A stretch of 63,716 nucleotides of DNA, filler included, from Kipferlia bialata (GCA_003568945.1; 7 parts of 7 records of this genome joined end to end with filler, not necessarily neighbours in it), one strand, 5' to 3'; shown: positions 13,033 through 27,484, counted from the first letter of the whole stretch. Notes: generated from the letters alone by a model not told the origin. Numbers and translations are program-made.

Positions 13033-16000
13033 CATTATCCTTATCACTGCTCACCCTTTAGGCACTCCTGTCACCAACAAACCCGTTGAACTCTTCTCCC
13101 AACTCAAGATCATTGGGTTCAAGACAGGCACATACAAGGAGTTCGGGATCAGGTACGACACACACATATATATATCTACTCTCTCCATCTCTATCTCCAT
13201 ACTTATACCCCTTGTCCTTACCCAGATACTGCGAGGGTGCTGAGGATGACTACGACTGCGTCTGTCTCTCTCTGTCTCTCTTTATCTCTCTGTACTATAT
13301 GCACATAACTAATGTCTAGATACTGCGAGGGTGCCGAGGATGACTATGGCAGTATTAGTATTGGTATATATATACAGATACACTATATATATATATGTAT
13401 GTATACATGTACCCCTTACCCCTAGATACTGCGAGGGTGCCGAGGATGACTATAGCAGTATTTGCATATACATATATGTATATGTATATATGATACCCCT
13501 TACCCTAGATACTGCGAGGGTGCCGAGGATGACTATGGACGTTTCAAGGCCAACGGGTGCAACAGACTACTAGAGCTATCATGCAGACTCAAGCCGTACA
13601 TGCTCAGAAGAACAAAGGTTGGTGAAGTTGTGGTATCCACTCATAAAAGTTTTAAGAGCTGTGAATTTACTGGACATATGATGTGTTCTCAACTTTGAAT
13701 GTATGTTTCCCTTTCATATTCTCACCTTCAGGGCTCTGTCCTGGGAGAGATGCCCCTGAAGAGAAGGCACATTGTGGAGCTGCCCTGCACCCCATCAGCT
13801 GCATACACTACGATGTACCAGGTAGATAGTTATGCGAACTTAATTATATATATGTATATATATATAATAGATGTATAGTGTATGTTGCATACACTACAAT
13901 GTATCAGATATGTATGCATATATGGGTATATGTAGATATGTATAAAGTATTCATATATATCTGGGCTGCCCTGCACCCCATCTGCTGCATACACTACTAT
14001 GTATCAGGTGTGTATACGTATAGATTGCACTGTTGGGATATATGTTTATAATACAGGCGGGATACATATTATAACTAATAATATCTGCCCTGCACCCCAT
14101 CTACATACACTACTATGTACCAGGTACCCGTGTGTCTGATATATTCCAATATGCGATGGGATATATGTAGGATTCATGCACGTGGACATATACTGTAATG
14201 TGTTCCATATATATACGTATACATCCCTCACCCTTCAGACTGCTATGGGCGGTGCCAACTATAAGAGCAAGAGCAGGCAGCCTATAGCCATATCCCAGGA
14301 CGGAACGGAGGTATTGATGGGTATCAACATGGATAGTAGTCCTGTGTGAAAGGAGAAGGAAATATTTCAGATCTATGCAGGAGATAACCATTCCCTTGCT
14401 GCTTGTCGGGATATATATTGTCCAGGCTAGTTATGCTCCGGTTCTATAACGTATTGACTGTGTGCACATATATATATGTTGTGCTCACCCTAGGACCCCC
14501 AGGGCGATGACAGAAACCCCACCCTGCAACTCTTTGCTGCCACTGGCCCTGTCAAGACACAGCCCGTCTGTGACTTCCTCACACAGCTGTTCACAAGGTA
14601 GATATTGATATTCTCTATCAGATTGGGTCCACTATTTCTATCTTCCATGGCTGTTCACAAGTCCAAATGTGTTTTAGATAGTAATGAACATTCCTTTCAG
14701 ATAAGGGTCGACTCTTTCTCTTCGTTTCCCCGGTGACATTAGTATTGTACTTACCCCAGGCTTGGTGCCCCCCCACCCCCCTACCAAGACTGTGATAGTT
14801 TAGTGGTGTTTACTACTATTGTCTCTCTTCCTGTATTATTACCTAGTGTCTCTCTTCCTTTCTAACCCCAGGCTTGGTGCCCCCCCTACCAAGACTGTCA
14901 TATTCTTCTACCACAAGAGTGTCGGGGTCGCCATTCAGGTGAGCATGCCTGATTAGACATTTCTAGATACATATATGTGTGATAGCATTATGTTATTATA
15001 TATAAATATATTTGAATATGTGTATATATTCTTCTACCACAAGAGTATCGGGGTGCCATGCAGGTGGGGATAACTAGTATACGTGTCTGATATATGACTA
15101 GGAATTTGACATGTGTCTTGTGTCTCTCCCTGTAGATGGGTAGTTGTACCCCCAGGAGCATCTTGGTGTTGTACATATCCATTGTATACAGTTGTTGTCT
15201 ATATCCATTGTATATAATTGTTGTCTATATCCATTGTATATTTATGTACCCCCTCACCCCCCAGGACCATCTGGGCAAGGACAAGGCCATCCTGATCCAC
15301 AGCCAGACGTCAATGGCTCAGGTATCACGACATTAATCTAACTAGTGACCACCCAAGATACCCATCAGTATATGCATTTTGGACTTTGTACTCAGTACTG
15401 TTTGCTCTCTGCTCTGTCTGTACTCACCACCAGCGCACCAAGCGGCTGAAGACCTTCACCCAGGGTGATATGGACTATGCGGTGTTATCCATCAAGACAT
15501 GCGCAACAGGTATATAGAACCACATATATAGTATTGTATGTCTGTGGATAGATATATATAACCCCAGGCTCAACCTGACCGAGTGGCCTCTGGCTGTCTT
15601 CTCCTCTATATATACTATTATGTATATATATATGTATATGTATGTACTGTATGATGTATCACTCCAGGCCTCAACCTGACCGAGTGCTCCCTGGCTGTGT
15701 TTGATGTATAGTATATATGTATATTAGTATATGGATATCTATATGTATAGATATATACTAAAATGATTAACATTACAGGCCTCAACCTGACCGAGTGCTC
15801 CCTGGCTGTGTTTGCAGAGCTGTGCTGGACACCGGGGGACCTGCTGCAGGTGTGTATAATCTCTATATGTGTCTGTGTGTGTTTCTTATCATGTGTCAAC
15901 AAGTATATGCAATGCGCCTCTCACTATTGTATGCGCATCATGTTCATGTTTACTATCATGCCAATCTCTCGTCTTTCTCTCATCCTCTCACTCCCAGGCC

Positions 16001-16453
16001 GAGGACCGTATCCATCGCATTGGCCAGCAGTCAGAGGTGGATATAGTGTACCTGGTAGCAAAGGGTATGTCACTGTGTATATGCATATATACTTATTACT
16101 ATATACATCCCACATTCATTGTGTTGTACCTGATAGCCAAGGGTGAGGCTCTAGTAATAGCTCTCTTCGCATATACTATTCCGTATTGTACATTCATTCA
16201 TACTATATACTTGTTGTCACATTCTATCTTGTCTTCTAAATAATACCCTCACCCCCAGACACGTATGACGACCACCTCCTAATATGTGAGCATCATATGT
16301 GTATATGTATATGTATCATATGTACAGTATTATGATACATTATATGTGTGTCTCACCCCCCAGACACGTATGACGACCACCTCCTCCGCCTGGTGTCATC
16401 CAAACTGGCCATCCTGTCAAACACCATCGACAGACACGCAGGTACTGTGTGAG

Positions 16454-16487
<34 letters not shown>

Positions 16488-17037
16488 ACTATACCTATAA
16501 GGGATAATGATTTGTACTACATATACTTGATGAGGATCTGTCAAACACCATCGACAGACACGCAAGTATATATGTATGCATGTATATAGTTAGTTCATAT
16601 ACTATAGTAATATATGTGTATACTTTGTATACATATGTTCATGTATATATACTTTAGAAGTATTATAGGTCATCTTGTCCAACACCATAGACAGACACGC
16701 AGGTATACAAGTGTATATGGATATACTATATAGACATATGCTGTGGTAATGTAATAGATCATCCTGTTCAACACCATTGCTGCCTTCATCTCTGCCAAGC
16801 CTTTAGCCATGTTTTTGTATATACATGTAAATGTGTATATCTAGTACATAGTCCTTACATCCAGATAGGCATGACACTGGCACCTCCATCTCTGCCAAGT
16901 CCAATGTATCTGTCTATATGCATATATATATATGTATGTGTGTGTGTGCTTGTGTGTGCTTGTGTTTTGCATGTGTGATTCTGACCCCCAGACCGGCATG
17001 AGACTGGCACCTTCATCTCCGCCAACCCATACTCTGC

Positions 17038-17075
<38 letters not shown>

Positions 17076-18103
17076 TATATATTAATTAATATATATATAT
17101 ATATACATGTTTTTTACACTCAGACCGACATGAGACTGGCACCTCTGCCAATTCCATACTCTGTCTAGTATATGTATATAAATGTATATATATGAATATA
17201 TACATATTATTTACATCCAGATAGACATGAGACTGGCACCTCCATCTCTGCCAAGCCCAGTGCAATGATGCAACAGACCCTGGGGGGGACAGTGTCAGTG
17301 GAGAGTGCACTGAGGTATATACACTATATATATATATACATAATACTTCTAGTATACAGTGCCATGATGCAACAGACCCTGGGGGGGACAGTGTCATTGG
17401 AGAGTGCACTGAGGTATATATACTGTATATGTAGTAGTATATGTACATAACATACGTGGCATATAGTATGTCTCTCTCACTTACCAACCCCCCAGCAAGA
17501 TTGTCAAGTGCCGCCTTGGTCCAGACTCATCCTCTGTGCCCCTATGCGTGATGTCACCAGTCGACAGTGAGTGCACTATATATCTATAGTAGTATATATA
17601 GTAGTGTATATATATCTGCAATAGCCCTGGTATTGTGGATAACTGCCCATGTATGTATACATCCCACCCACCCCCAGGTCAGATCGGCGGCAGGAAGAGG
17701 TCTCTCTCTCTCTCTCTCTGAATTATTACCAATTGTGGACATTTCACTCCTCTCACCCTCAGGTCAGATTGGCGGCAGGGAGAGGGAGCGAGAGAGCGAG
17801 AGGGAGAGAGAGCGTGGCCGAGAGCGGCACGGCCTCTCCGTCAACGGTGAAGTCCCCCTACCCCTATCCCGTCCCTTATCTACTACCCATGCCTCTAGTA
17901 CATCTGGTCTCTCTAGAGCATCAGCACCATCCAAGGGCAAGGGTGCAGGCAAGGGAAGGAGAGAGGAGAAGAGGAGTAGACGCATGGCATGTGCACTGCC
18001 AATGTTCCCCTCTCCCTCTCCCCCTCGAAGGGGCCAGGGAAGAGAGAGAGAGAGAGAGACTGATGGGGTGGGGAGTAACAGAGACAGTGTAGACCTTATT
18101 TGA
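11087..18103 (+). CDS. SNF2-family helicase, SMARCAL1/ZRANB3 type (5' truncated, ~20 small exons)
   Basis: Spliced motifs: VGKTPQ|ALLAM..WPLVVLCPASLRDQW; IASYD; ICDESHMLK; VVMLTG|TPVTNKPVELFSQL; YCEGAEDDYGRFKANGCNRLLEL..YMLRRTK; GLNLTECSLAVFAELCWTPGDLLQ|AEDRIHRIGQ. FAELxWxPGxLxQAEDRxHRIGQ is typical of SMARCAL1/ZRANB3. Confidence 0.92.
11226..11815 (+). repeat. Complete exon end plus four 3'-half-exon + donor echo copies
   Basis: CCTGCCAGTCTRAGRGAYCAGTGGATAGACGCCAGYCARCARTGGCTAGGG|GT occurs five times (one copy has ACC for GCC), separated by (TA)n/(GA)n. Confidence 0.95.
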
Positions 18104-18699
18104 TTGATTGATTGATTCTGGGGTTTCGCGTCTTTCCATGTTCTTTGTGTGTTTAGTATGTTGGATTGGTTCTTATCGGTTATGTATTTCCTGTTGAGTG
18201 TTACGCCGTTGGTGTGTATGATATACTTTGTATGCTCTAATTCTCCATAAATGAGCTAGAGTCTTCACTGTCGGTATTTTTACTTTGTTTGATGTGGAAT
18301 GCAGCTGTCGAAGTATACTATCATCACTTATTGATAGTGCAGAGATCTATCTAACCTAATCACTGCACCCTTAGATCTAGTGAGGCTTATCCAGGATAAG
18401 TTATCCTCCACTCTTCATTTCTGTTTCAGTGCGAAGAAGTTGGTCTGACAGTTGTGAGTAACACATACTGCTAAGGTACAATAGGGTGAGTGGCTACTTG
18501 TCTGTTATGTCAGCGTGATATTCATAAATACTTTAGCCTGCCTCAAACAACTGTGATCTCTCTTTCTCTCTCGCAGGATCTGTACTCGTGGTTGTATTGC
18601 CATGTACATCTAGATATCTAGAAATAGACTGCACAACATGGCAGTGTGATGACGTAGGGTATATGTGTGCACTATTATGTCGGATTGTGTGTGACTCCC

Positions 18700-18731
<32 letters not shown>

Positions 18732-18763
18732 ATCACATTTTCCCCCCTCACTGCCCCCCCCCC

Positions 18764-18796
<33 letters not shown>

Positions 18797-18814
18797 CTCT
18801 ATTTCTTATCCTAG

Positions 18815-21025
18815 GCCCTAGCCGCAGCTGGCACCCAGAAGATCACCTTTGTAGGGGGAGAGCCCACCCTGGTGCCATGGTGAGTGGACATGTATATATA
18901 TGTATATAGATGTATACTGGTATAGAGTGATACATAGTGATATCTCACTCCCTATCTGTCTAGTATATCTCTACCTAGCCCACCCTGCCATTCTTTCCCA
19001 TGCCTCTCTCTGTTGCATGATACCTTCACAGTCTTTGGCCATTGCCGTCTCTCTCTCTCCAAATATCTGTCCCTCCTTCTCGGCACGGAAAGTCAAGGCC
19101 CCTTTCTCTCTCTCCCCCCGCCCTATATCTATACTGTCTCACCCCCAGCCTCCCCTCCCTCGTCCGTCGTGCCAAGTCCCTGGGTCTAACTACCATGGTA
19201 GTGACCAACGGGACTAGGGTGACAGAGGAGTATCTGGACTCATTCGAGGTATGGTATAGTGTATATACATATAGACATAGTTGTATATACCCTCACTCCA
19301 GGGCTGTCTGGATTGGGTGGGCCTCAGCATAGAGAGTGGCAGAGAGACAGTGAACGCAGAGCTCGGGAGGTACAGTGTATAACTATCTGTATATACATTA
19401 GTATATCAATATATATCTATTCGCATATGGGGAAGCACTGCCCCTCCCCCATCATTATCATCTTCTTATCTCTCTCACCCCAGGGGCACCGGACTCCACG
19501 TGGCACAGACAGAGGTATGATTCCATAGATACAGCGTATAGCACAGCGTATATGGTACATACAGAGGATGAGATGCATATGGTTATAGCTGCAGTATTCA
19601 CCTATGCATCCCCCGCTTTAGATATCTCTCTCCCACCCCCAGGCCATTGTCCCCCTCCTGCGGTCCAGACGCATTGGCATCAAGCTGAACACTGTTGTCA
19701 CATCACTGAACTGGGACGAGGACATGACCCCCCTGCTGCAGAGGATAGGGGCAGATAGGTGGAAGGTATGGATAGGGTATATAGTGTATATATGCATGGT
19801 GTGTAGTGTATATAGTGTATAGTATATGGACATGACCCCCCTGCTGCAGAGGATAGGCGCAGATAGGTGGAAGGTATGGGATGTGTATATATGCATTGTG
19901 TATATAGTGTATATGGGGGATTAGTCTCCTCTCTGCCTCTCTTCCTCTGTATTTCTATGTACATTTGTATGTATCTCACCCATCAGGTATTCAAGATGCT
20001 CCACTTCTCTGGCTCTCTCTCTCTCTGTCTCTCTCCCTCTTTGGAACACACACTCTCTCTTCTACTGTACATGTACACACGTCTAAATCCATTAGGTGTT
20101 CAAGATGCTCCACATCTCTGGCTATCTCTCTCTCCTTCATTGATGCACTCTCTCTTCTACTGTACATGTATGCGTATACGTATATCCAACCCATAGGTGT
20201 TCAAGATGCTCCACATTTCTGGTGAGAACGATGCTGCATCCGACCTATTGGTGTCAGACGAACAGTTCCAACACTATCTGCAGACACACGCTGACTGTAA
20301 CCCAGGTATACTACTAACCTATCTCCCACACATGCCTAATACACTTCGAGACGAGCCAGAGTGTACTATGTCTATATATCCTTCCATATGTCTCACCCGT
20401 AGTCAAAGAGGACAATGACGACATGGAGACAAGCTATGTCATGGTGGATCCCCAGGTATATGTGAACAGTGTATGATATAGACTGTACTGTTACTTACTA
20501 CTCTTACAATAATTCAAAGGACTATGTCATGGTGGATCCTCAGGTATCCATGTATGGTTAATCCATGACACCATTCGTCATCCCTCAGTGCAATAATATA
20601 TGATTACTGTACTCTCCTCCTAATGCGATATGTAGCTGTCTCACCCTCTAGGGCCAGTTCTTCCACAACCAGGGTAGGATGCACCACCACGGCAGAAGGT
20701 GAAAGACACCCAACTACCATTCCTGTATTTTGCTCCTGTATTTTGCAAAATTAACACATGTGCTAGTGCCTCACCCCAGGATCCTAGACGTGGGTGTGGA
20801 GGAGGCATTTGCAGACACAAGGTAGGATGCCTTCTCTCTCCCCCTCTATTTCTCCCCCCTCTCTCTCTCCCCACCCTACACCCCTAATTTCCAGCTTTGA
20901 CCTGGCCAAACTCTCTCTCTCTCCCTACACCCCTAATCCCCAGCTTTGACCTGGCCAAGCTCAAGGGCCGGAAGGGTCTGTATGAGTGGAGGAGGGGTGG
21001 GAGAGTCAGGGTGGACGGGGTGTGA
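18815..21025 (+). CDS. RSAD2: Viperin (RSAD2)-family radical SAM antiviral enzyme; the N-terminal exon(s) with CxxxCxxC are not present in this assembly
   Basis: Spliced protein includes ALAAAGTQKITFVGGEPTLVPW|LPSLVRRAKSLGLTTMVVTNG..|GCLDWVGLSIES..|GIKLNTVVTSLNWDEDM..RWK|VFKMLHISGEND..|KEDNDDMETSYVMVDPQ|GQFF..|ILDVGVEEAF..|FDLAKLKGRKGLYEW. All downstream viperin signature blocks appear in order. Confidence 0.9.
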
Positions 21026-22013
21026 GTCACACACACTGTGGGGAGATAGCCCCTCTGCATGAGTATGTTGCGTGTCTCGCTTCCGGGGACTACTGCATGT
21101 CACTTAGTGTGACGTGCATTCGCGGCGGTATAGGCTACACGTGTCTGCTGATGGCTTGATGTATGCTTGACGTTTCCTCACACTCGTATATTCTTCTGAA
21201 ACTGTATTAGCTCAAAGGATTGGGAGTGGTCCTACTAGTGGCAAATAGATTAACATATCGGTAGTTACCGTAAACACAGGCTCCTTGAGTCTTTCTCGAG
21301 GTATTCTTGGACTCCGGTCGTGGCTTAGAGCCCGTGGGGAGGCAAGCCAAAGTGATTAATTTACTACTAGGCCGTAATCCTTTGTACATTCTGTCACAGA
21401 TTTTCTGTGCTACCTACACCCTTTGTTGTTTTTGTTGAATCTCACAGTGATGATCGCGCATTGCTCTTCCATGTTGCTTTAGGAGGGACTGTTCAGCCTC
21501 TCATTGGTATATACCAACTGCACCACATTCCCACCACCAAGGTTCGGTTGTATGCTTCCTATGTGGGGTATGTATATGTACAATTATACGCTGTTTCATA
21601 GAGAGCAGATACTCTATTTCGGCAGTGAATATGTATACGTATACGTATAGCTATCTATCTTCATAGTGGTATATTCAGTGTGTTAGAGGTAGAAGTACTT
21701 ACTCTAACTTAGTTAGTGTTCTGAAGGCGTTGTGTCAGTGGATGAGTCACTCTGTCATGGGGCCAATGACAAATGGATTGCTCCTCTTTATCTCATACAC
21801 CCACTAGTATAATACCAATTCCCTCTTTGTACCGAATCTAGAACTGTGTAGCATACTGACTGGCAGTGGTCTAACCCCCCCCCCCCCCACCCCTATCCAA
21901 TGGAACTCCTTCCTTCAGACATATCCTGTTGCATTGTGTCTCTCCCCAAGTATTTGCATATCACGATGGATGATATCAATAATTGGCATCTACCGTCCCC
22001 TCAACCTTCTACC

Positions 22014-22063
<50 letters not shown>

Positions 22064-22163
22064 NNNNNNNNNNNNNNNNNNNNNNNNNNNNNNNNNNNNN
22101 NNNNNNNTTAATTAATTAANNNNNNNNNNNNNNNNNNNNNNNNNNNNNNNNNNNNNNNNNNNN
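22064..22163. other. Artificial contig spacer
   Basis: N44-TTAATTAATTAA-N44. Confidence 0.97.
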
Positions 22164-22591
22164 GAGGGGGGGGAAGGAGGGGGGGGGGGGGGGGGGGGGG
22201 GGGGGATGTATCGACACATATCAAGTAAGACATGATCACTCCACGTATTGACCAACTGTATCCATGAGATATCATACACACGCAGACAGATGATACATAT
22301 GCAGCGCAGAGACAACTAATATACCTTATCTGCTGGTATCAGACTGCTTATCAGTCAAGGAGAATGATACCAGATAGAGTGCATATATACATACCAGATC
22401 CATCCACAATGCACACATATGTATACACACCATATCCAAGCATACATATACCACTATTATCTAAATGAGCCAACACATAGTACGATACGCAGATGCTCGT
22501 GGATACATGGATACACTATGTATGTACACCCATCCAATCCCACATGAATGATACACGCACACAAATTAACACATATATACACTCTCCCAAC

Positions 22592-22887
22592 CTGATCGTG
22601 CTCTCTGTCTGCAGTTCCATCTCAATGTCCCCTCCCAAGGGGAACTCTATCAGACACCCCTCCCCACCCAGTATATCCTCCATACTCCTGCTCTCACCCA
22701 TCGGGACTGGATACACAGTAAAGGTGGGGGGGTCATCCCTCAGCCCAGGCACCACGACTGGCGTGCCCCTTCCCACCAGATCCCACTTGTGCTCAGAGTT
22801 CAGCACCATGACATCACACTCAATAAGAGGCCTCTGCCGGCGGGGAGGCCGGGGTCGAGACGCATCTGGCGGCCCAGCGTCTACCAT
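22592..22887 (-). CDS. First exon of a probable PP4 regulatory subunit 3 (SMEK/Psy2)-like protein with an EVH1-like N-terminal domain; remainder runs off the contig end
   Basis: ECDVMVLNSEHKWDLVGRG...CLIEFPLGGDIEMELQTESTIR parallels the PP4R3 N-terminus (RVKVYxLNxDxQWDDRGTG...LLESxI....YQKQQDTLIxW); GT donor at 22591. Confidence 0.55.
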
Positions 22888-23298
22888 ATACGCGCAGGGC
22901 TAGCTCCCAGGTGTGCACTTGGGGGGATAGAGGTACACTCTCACCCTATGCAGATCGCTACCCGTTGCGATGTGGTTTTGCGGCAGAGAGAGCAACCACG
23001 TCGTTGTTGGAAGAGACAAAAACACGTTTTGAGCGTTTCACTATGAAGGGTTTATTACACCTTCTTGGCCTCCTGGGAGTATGTACACTCTGACGTCGAG
23101 ACCCCTTTAGCACTATCTATTTTACTCTCTTTCTCTATTCCCCTGTATCACTCTAATCCTGTGAGTCTCTGTGGTCAGTACTACAGGAGTATCTTGCTAG
23201 ACTCGGCACCCATCTAGAGCGCGGTTTAGCCCTGTGATGCTCTGTTAGTCACTCTCTCTCTCTCTCTCTCTAGTCCTATATATATTCCCTCTCTCTCT

Positions 23299-25108
23299 CT
23301 AGCCCTGTGAGGCCCTGTTAGTGACATCGACCACCCTCCACCCCTCACTGGGCATGCCCTCTATCAGCAGGGCACGGCCCTCCCCGTTGCGCACACACAT
23401 GCACACCTCAGGTAAGATAGAGTAGGAAGACAGATAGTGTATATAGTAAATATATATAGGGAATATAGAAATATACATAGCCTCGCCATTGCACACACAC
23501 ATGCACACTTGGGGTCAGAGAGAGATACTACGACAGATGGAAATATAGATATCCTACACGATATTGAGGGAAATATGATACATGACCGGCTATGAAACAC
23601 TGAAACACCTGGGCTGCTGGCTTTGACCCCCCACCCACTGTGGTACATATATAGTACACATATAGTGTATAGAATTTCTATCGTAGTGTGTATAGTAGTA
23701 CTACTGTAATATTATCCCACCTGTGCTGCTGGCTTGGACGATCCACCCACTATATCACACATGTGTATATATAGTATATATATAGTATATATATACTATA
23801 TATATACTATAGCATAGTACTTGTATTGTGGAGTGTATTGTATACATACATATATATATATTATACTATCATACCTGTGCTGCTGGCTTTGACCCCCCAC
23901 CCACTGACTTATATATGTAACACGTAGAGTGTATAGTATTTCGATTAGGGAGTGTATATATTGGGAACAATACCTGGGCTGCTGGCTTAGACCCCCCACC
24001 CACTGAGGTCTGGGGCACAGAGGGGGTGCCACCGGTGGAGGCATCGCCCCTGGGGTGTGAGATATGTATACCATTGATTCAATATCAATAATCAATACTA
24101 GAGTGTATGTGCACTCGGCAGAGGCATCGCCCAATGGGTGAAATGGAATACAATTGGTATATACACTGTATATAATATCTACACATATATACCTTCCATG
24201 TGTCCTTGACAGTATGACGTATGACCCCCTGACTGATGGCACTATGACACTGGCAATATACATGTATATATACATATATATACTATCCTATACCTTCCAT
24301 GCGTCCTGGACAGTATCACGTATGACCCCCTGACCGATGGCACTATGACACTGGCACTGTCACAGTCGGGGAAGGCCTCGGAGAGGGCCTGTCTGACAAT
24401 AAGGGTGTAGAGAGAGAGAGAGAGAGAGAATTTTTTTTCAAAATATCACAGTCGGGGAATGCATGTCTGACAATAAGGGTGTATGGAGAGAGAGAAATAC
24501 TGGTACTGACATAGTATATACACAGGATTATAGTATATGTATACCCGAAAACACTATGATCACCCACCTAGCGTCGAGTGGTGACATCTCCGACAGACAG
24601 AGCCAGTGAATATAGGAGTATATATATATATAGTATAGTATATATACATACATACATGTATATATATATATAGCATAACACATTGGATAGTACTGCATAT
24701 CATATATATTCCTAGCGTCCAGTGTTGACATCTCCGACAGGGCAGGGCCAGTCTCACTCTATAGTCTCACTAGTATAGTATTATACCATATAAATATAGC
24801 ACATATATATAATAGCACTATAGTATAGTACACATATATATTTACCCACCTTGCGTCCAGTGTCGACATCTCTGATAGGGCAGGGCCAGTCTCACTCTCA
24901 GTGTGGTTGTCAGAGTCTCCATCCCTGCCACTGGCCCTGTTGTTAGGGAATAGAAGACACTATATATATACATACATAACAGACATCTATATATATACTA
25001 CATAGCATATATATATACGGCTGAGCTATAGAGAGAGTGTGGTTGTCGGAGTCTCCATCTCTGCCGCTGGCCCTGGGGGGTAAGATATACACATGTGTTA
25101 TCGAATAC

Positions 25109-25141
<33 letters not shown>

Positions 25142-25608
25142 AGGAGAGAGAGAAAGTCTCCACCTCTACCACTGGCCCAAGGTGGGTAAGACTATCTAAG
25201 TATAATAATAATAATATGTATATATATACATATATATATACATAGAGAGAGAGAGAGAGAGAGTCTCCATCCCTGCCAGAGGCCCTAACGGTAAGGCATA
25301 CTATATGTATGTAGTATAACCTGTACACTATTTACATATGGTATATACACCCACCTTATGTAGTGCCTACCCACACTTGGGAGTGCTGGCATCTTGGCAT
25401 CACTATACATACAAGTACATATATAGATACACTACATACTATATATACATGTATATACATGTATATATATATATGTATATATACCTGATGTAGTGCCTAC
25501 CCACACTGGGCAGTGCTGGCATCTTGGCATCACAGGACGGGATGGACAGGCCGGTCTGGGGTGAGGGTATGTATACATGTATGAGAAGGTATATATATCA
25601 CTATATGC

Positions 25609-25639
<31 letters not shown>

Positions 25640-26614
25640 GACGGGATGGACAGGCCGGTCTCGTATAAGGGTAAAGGTATATATATATATGTATATAACA
25701 ATATATATAACAATATATCAATATACTACACTATATATATGGTTACGGGATGGACAGACCGGTCGGGAGTGAGAGCTGAATAGGGAAAACACTTATATAC
25801 TATATGGATAGCAGTTCTAGGAATAGAAAACAAATCTCACATATAAACATATACACACACATACCTGAGCCGATATGTTCTCGAAGTACCAGGTGTCCAT
25901 GTCGGAGGTGTCCTGGAGGTTAGAGATACGGTATATTTATATATACATGATACATATATATGCCTGTATACACACAAATAGAGAAGGTGTCCATGTCAGA
26001 GGGATCCTGGGGTCAAAGACACTGTATACAAGACATACAATGAGTCACAATGATTAATACAACGTCCTGAGAAGAACAGGCAAGAGCGTATGTCGAGAGA
26101 AAATATCCCTATCCCCATACCTGGTAGAGCAGGCAGATGGCGCCACTGACTGACACATAGCCTGAAGTGAGAATACATATATATGTGTGAATATCAACTC
26201 TATTTCGAGCCAACTCAGAGTGGCATTGGACTCTGTAAGAAAACCTCAGCAATATGTATATATCTCATAGTAAGCTGTAGATAATACATGGTATACACTA
26301 TACATGTTATTCACATCCTGGTACCTACGCAGAGTGGGGCCAGGGGGTATGGGGGAGTGAACACATGGGGAGGGGACAGGGAGAGGGGGGCCTGAGGGTA
26401 AGACAAGAATATATATATATATATTCATGCAGATTTGTATATATCCAGAGACAGAAATATATATATTGGGAGGAGACAGGGAGATACATATATATCTCTC
26501 TATATACACATATATATATACACCTTAGCCTTGTCCGTGAGCTCTGTGACTGACACTGTCCTATATCCAAACCCAGACATGGAAAGACGCACAATCAGGC
26601 CTAGAAATTAGAGT

Positions 26615-26660
<46 letters not shown>

Positions 26661-27104
26661 CCAGACATGGACAGACGCACAATGAGGCCTATTATGAGTA
26701 CATATATACTCATTGATATAGAGATAGTGGGAGAGAGAGAGAGAGAGAGAGACTGTATCCAAATCCAGACATGGACAGACGCACAATGAGACCTGGGATG
26801 AGTATATATATACTCATTGACATTGAGATATATAACATGGGGAGAGAGAGAGAGAGAGAGAGAGAAACCAGACATGAACAGACGCACAATGAGACCTGGG
26901 AGTAAGGGTTATGAAAGTGGGATGTCTTGCTCGTAATTTGATCTCTCCTTCTCTGGATAGATACTCCATATTTCACATTCGATCCCTTACCCTGCGGTGT
27001 TGTCATGAATATGTGGAGTGCCTTGCTGGTCTTGTACACACTCACCCTGCCGTTGCAGGAGAGGAGGCCGGACTCCCTGGGGGGTTAGAGGTGTATATAC
27101 TATT

Positions 27105-27147
<43 letters not shown>

Positions 27148-27433
27148 TATGTTATACATATATGTGATAGTATTTAATTCACATGTCTCTCTCAACTCAT
27201 GTAAAGTATATATATATATATATACATCAACTGTCTGTATACCTAGATGACACTGTGTTGGACAGCACCCTGTGACCCCATGAGAAGAAGGAGCGCTTGG
27301 TCAGCCTGGGGGTAAGTATATCCTGCGCAAAGCATAGTTACATAGACAAATAATATAACTATACACTCATGTGTACCTATGGACAAGACCCCCGTTGTCC
27401 ACAAACAGCATGTTGGGCTGTGCTGCAAACACA

Positions 27434-27484
<51 letters not shown>

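Noticed and set aside
11087..21025. SNF2 helicase plus viperin as a defence operon
   Set aside because: Same contig and strand, but the helicase is a standard eukaryotic DNA-repair type and nothing indicates functional linkage.
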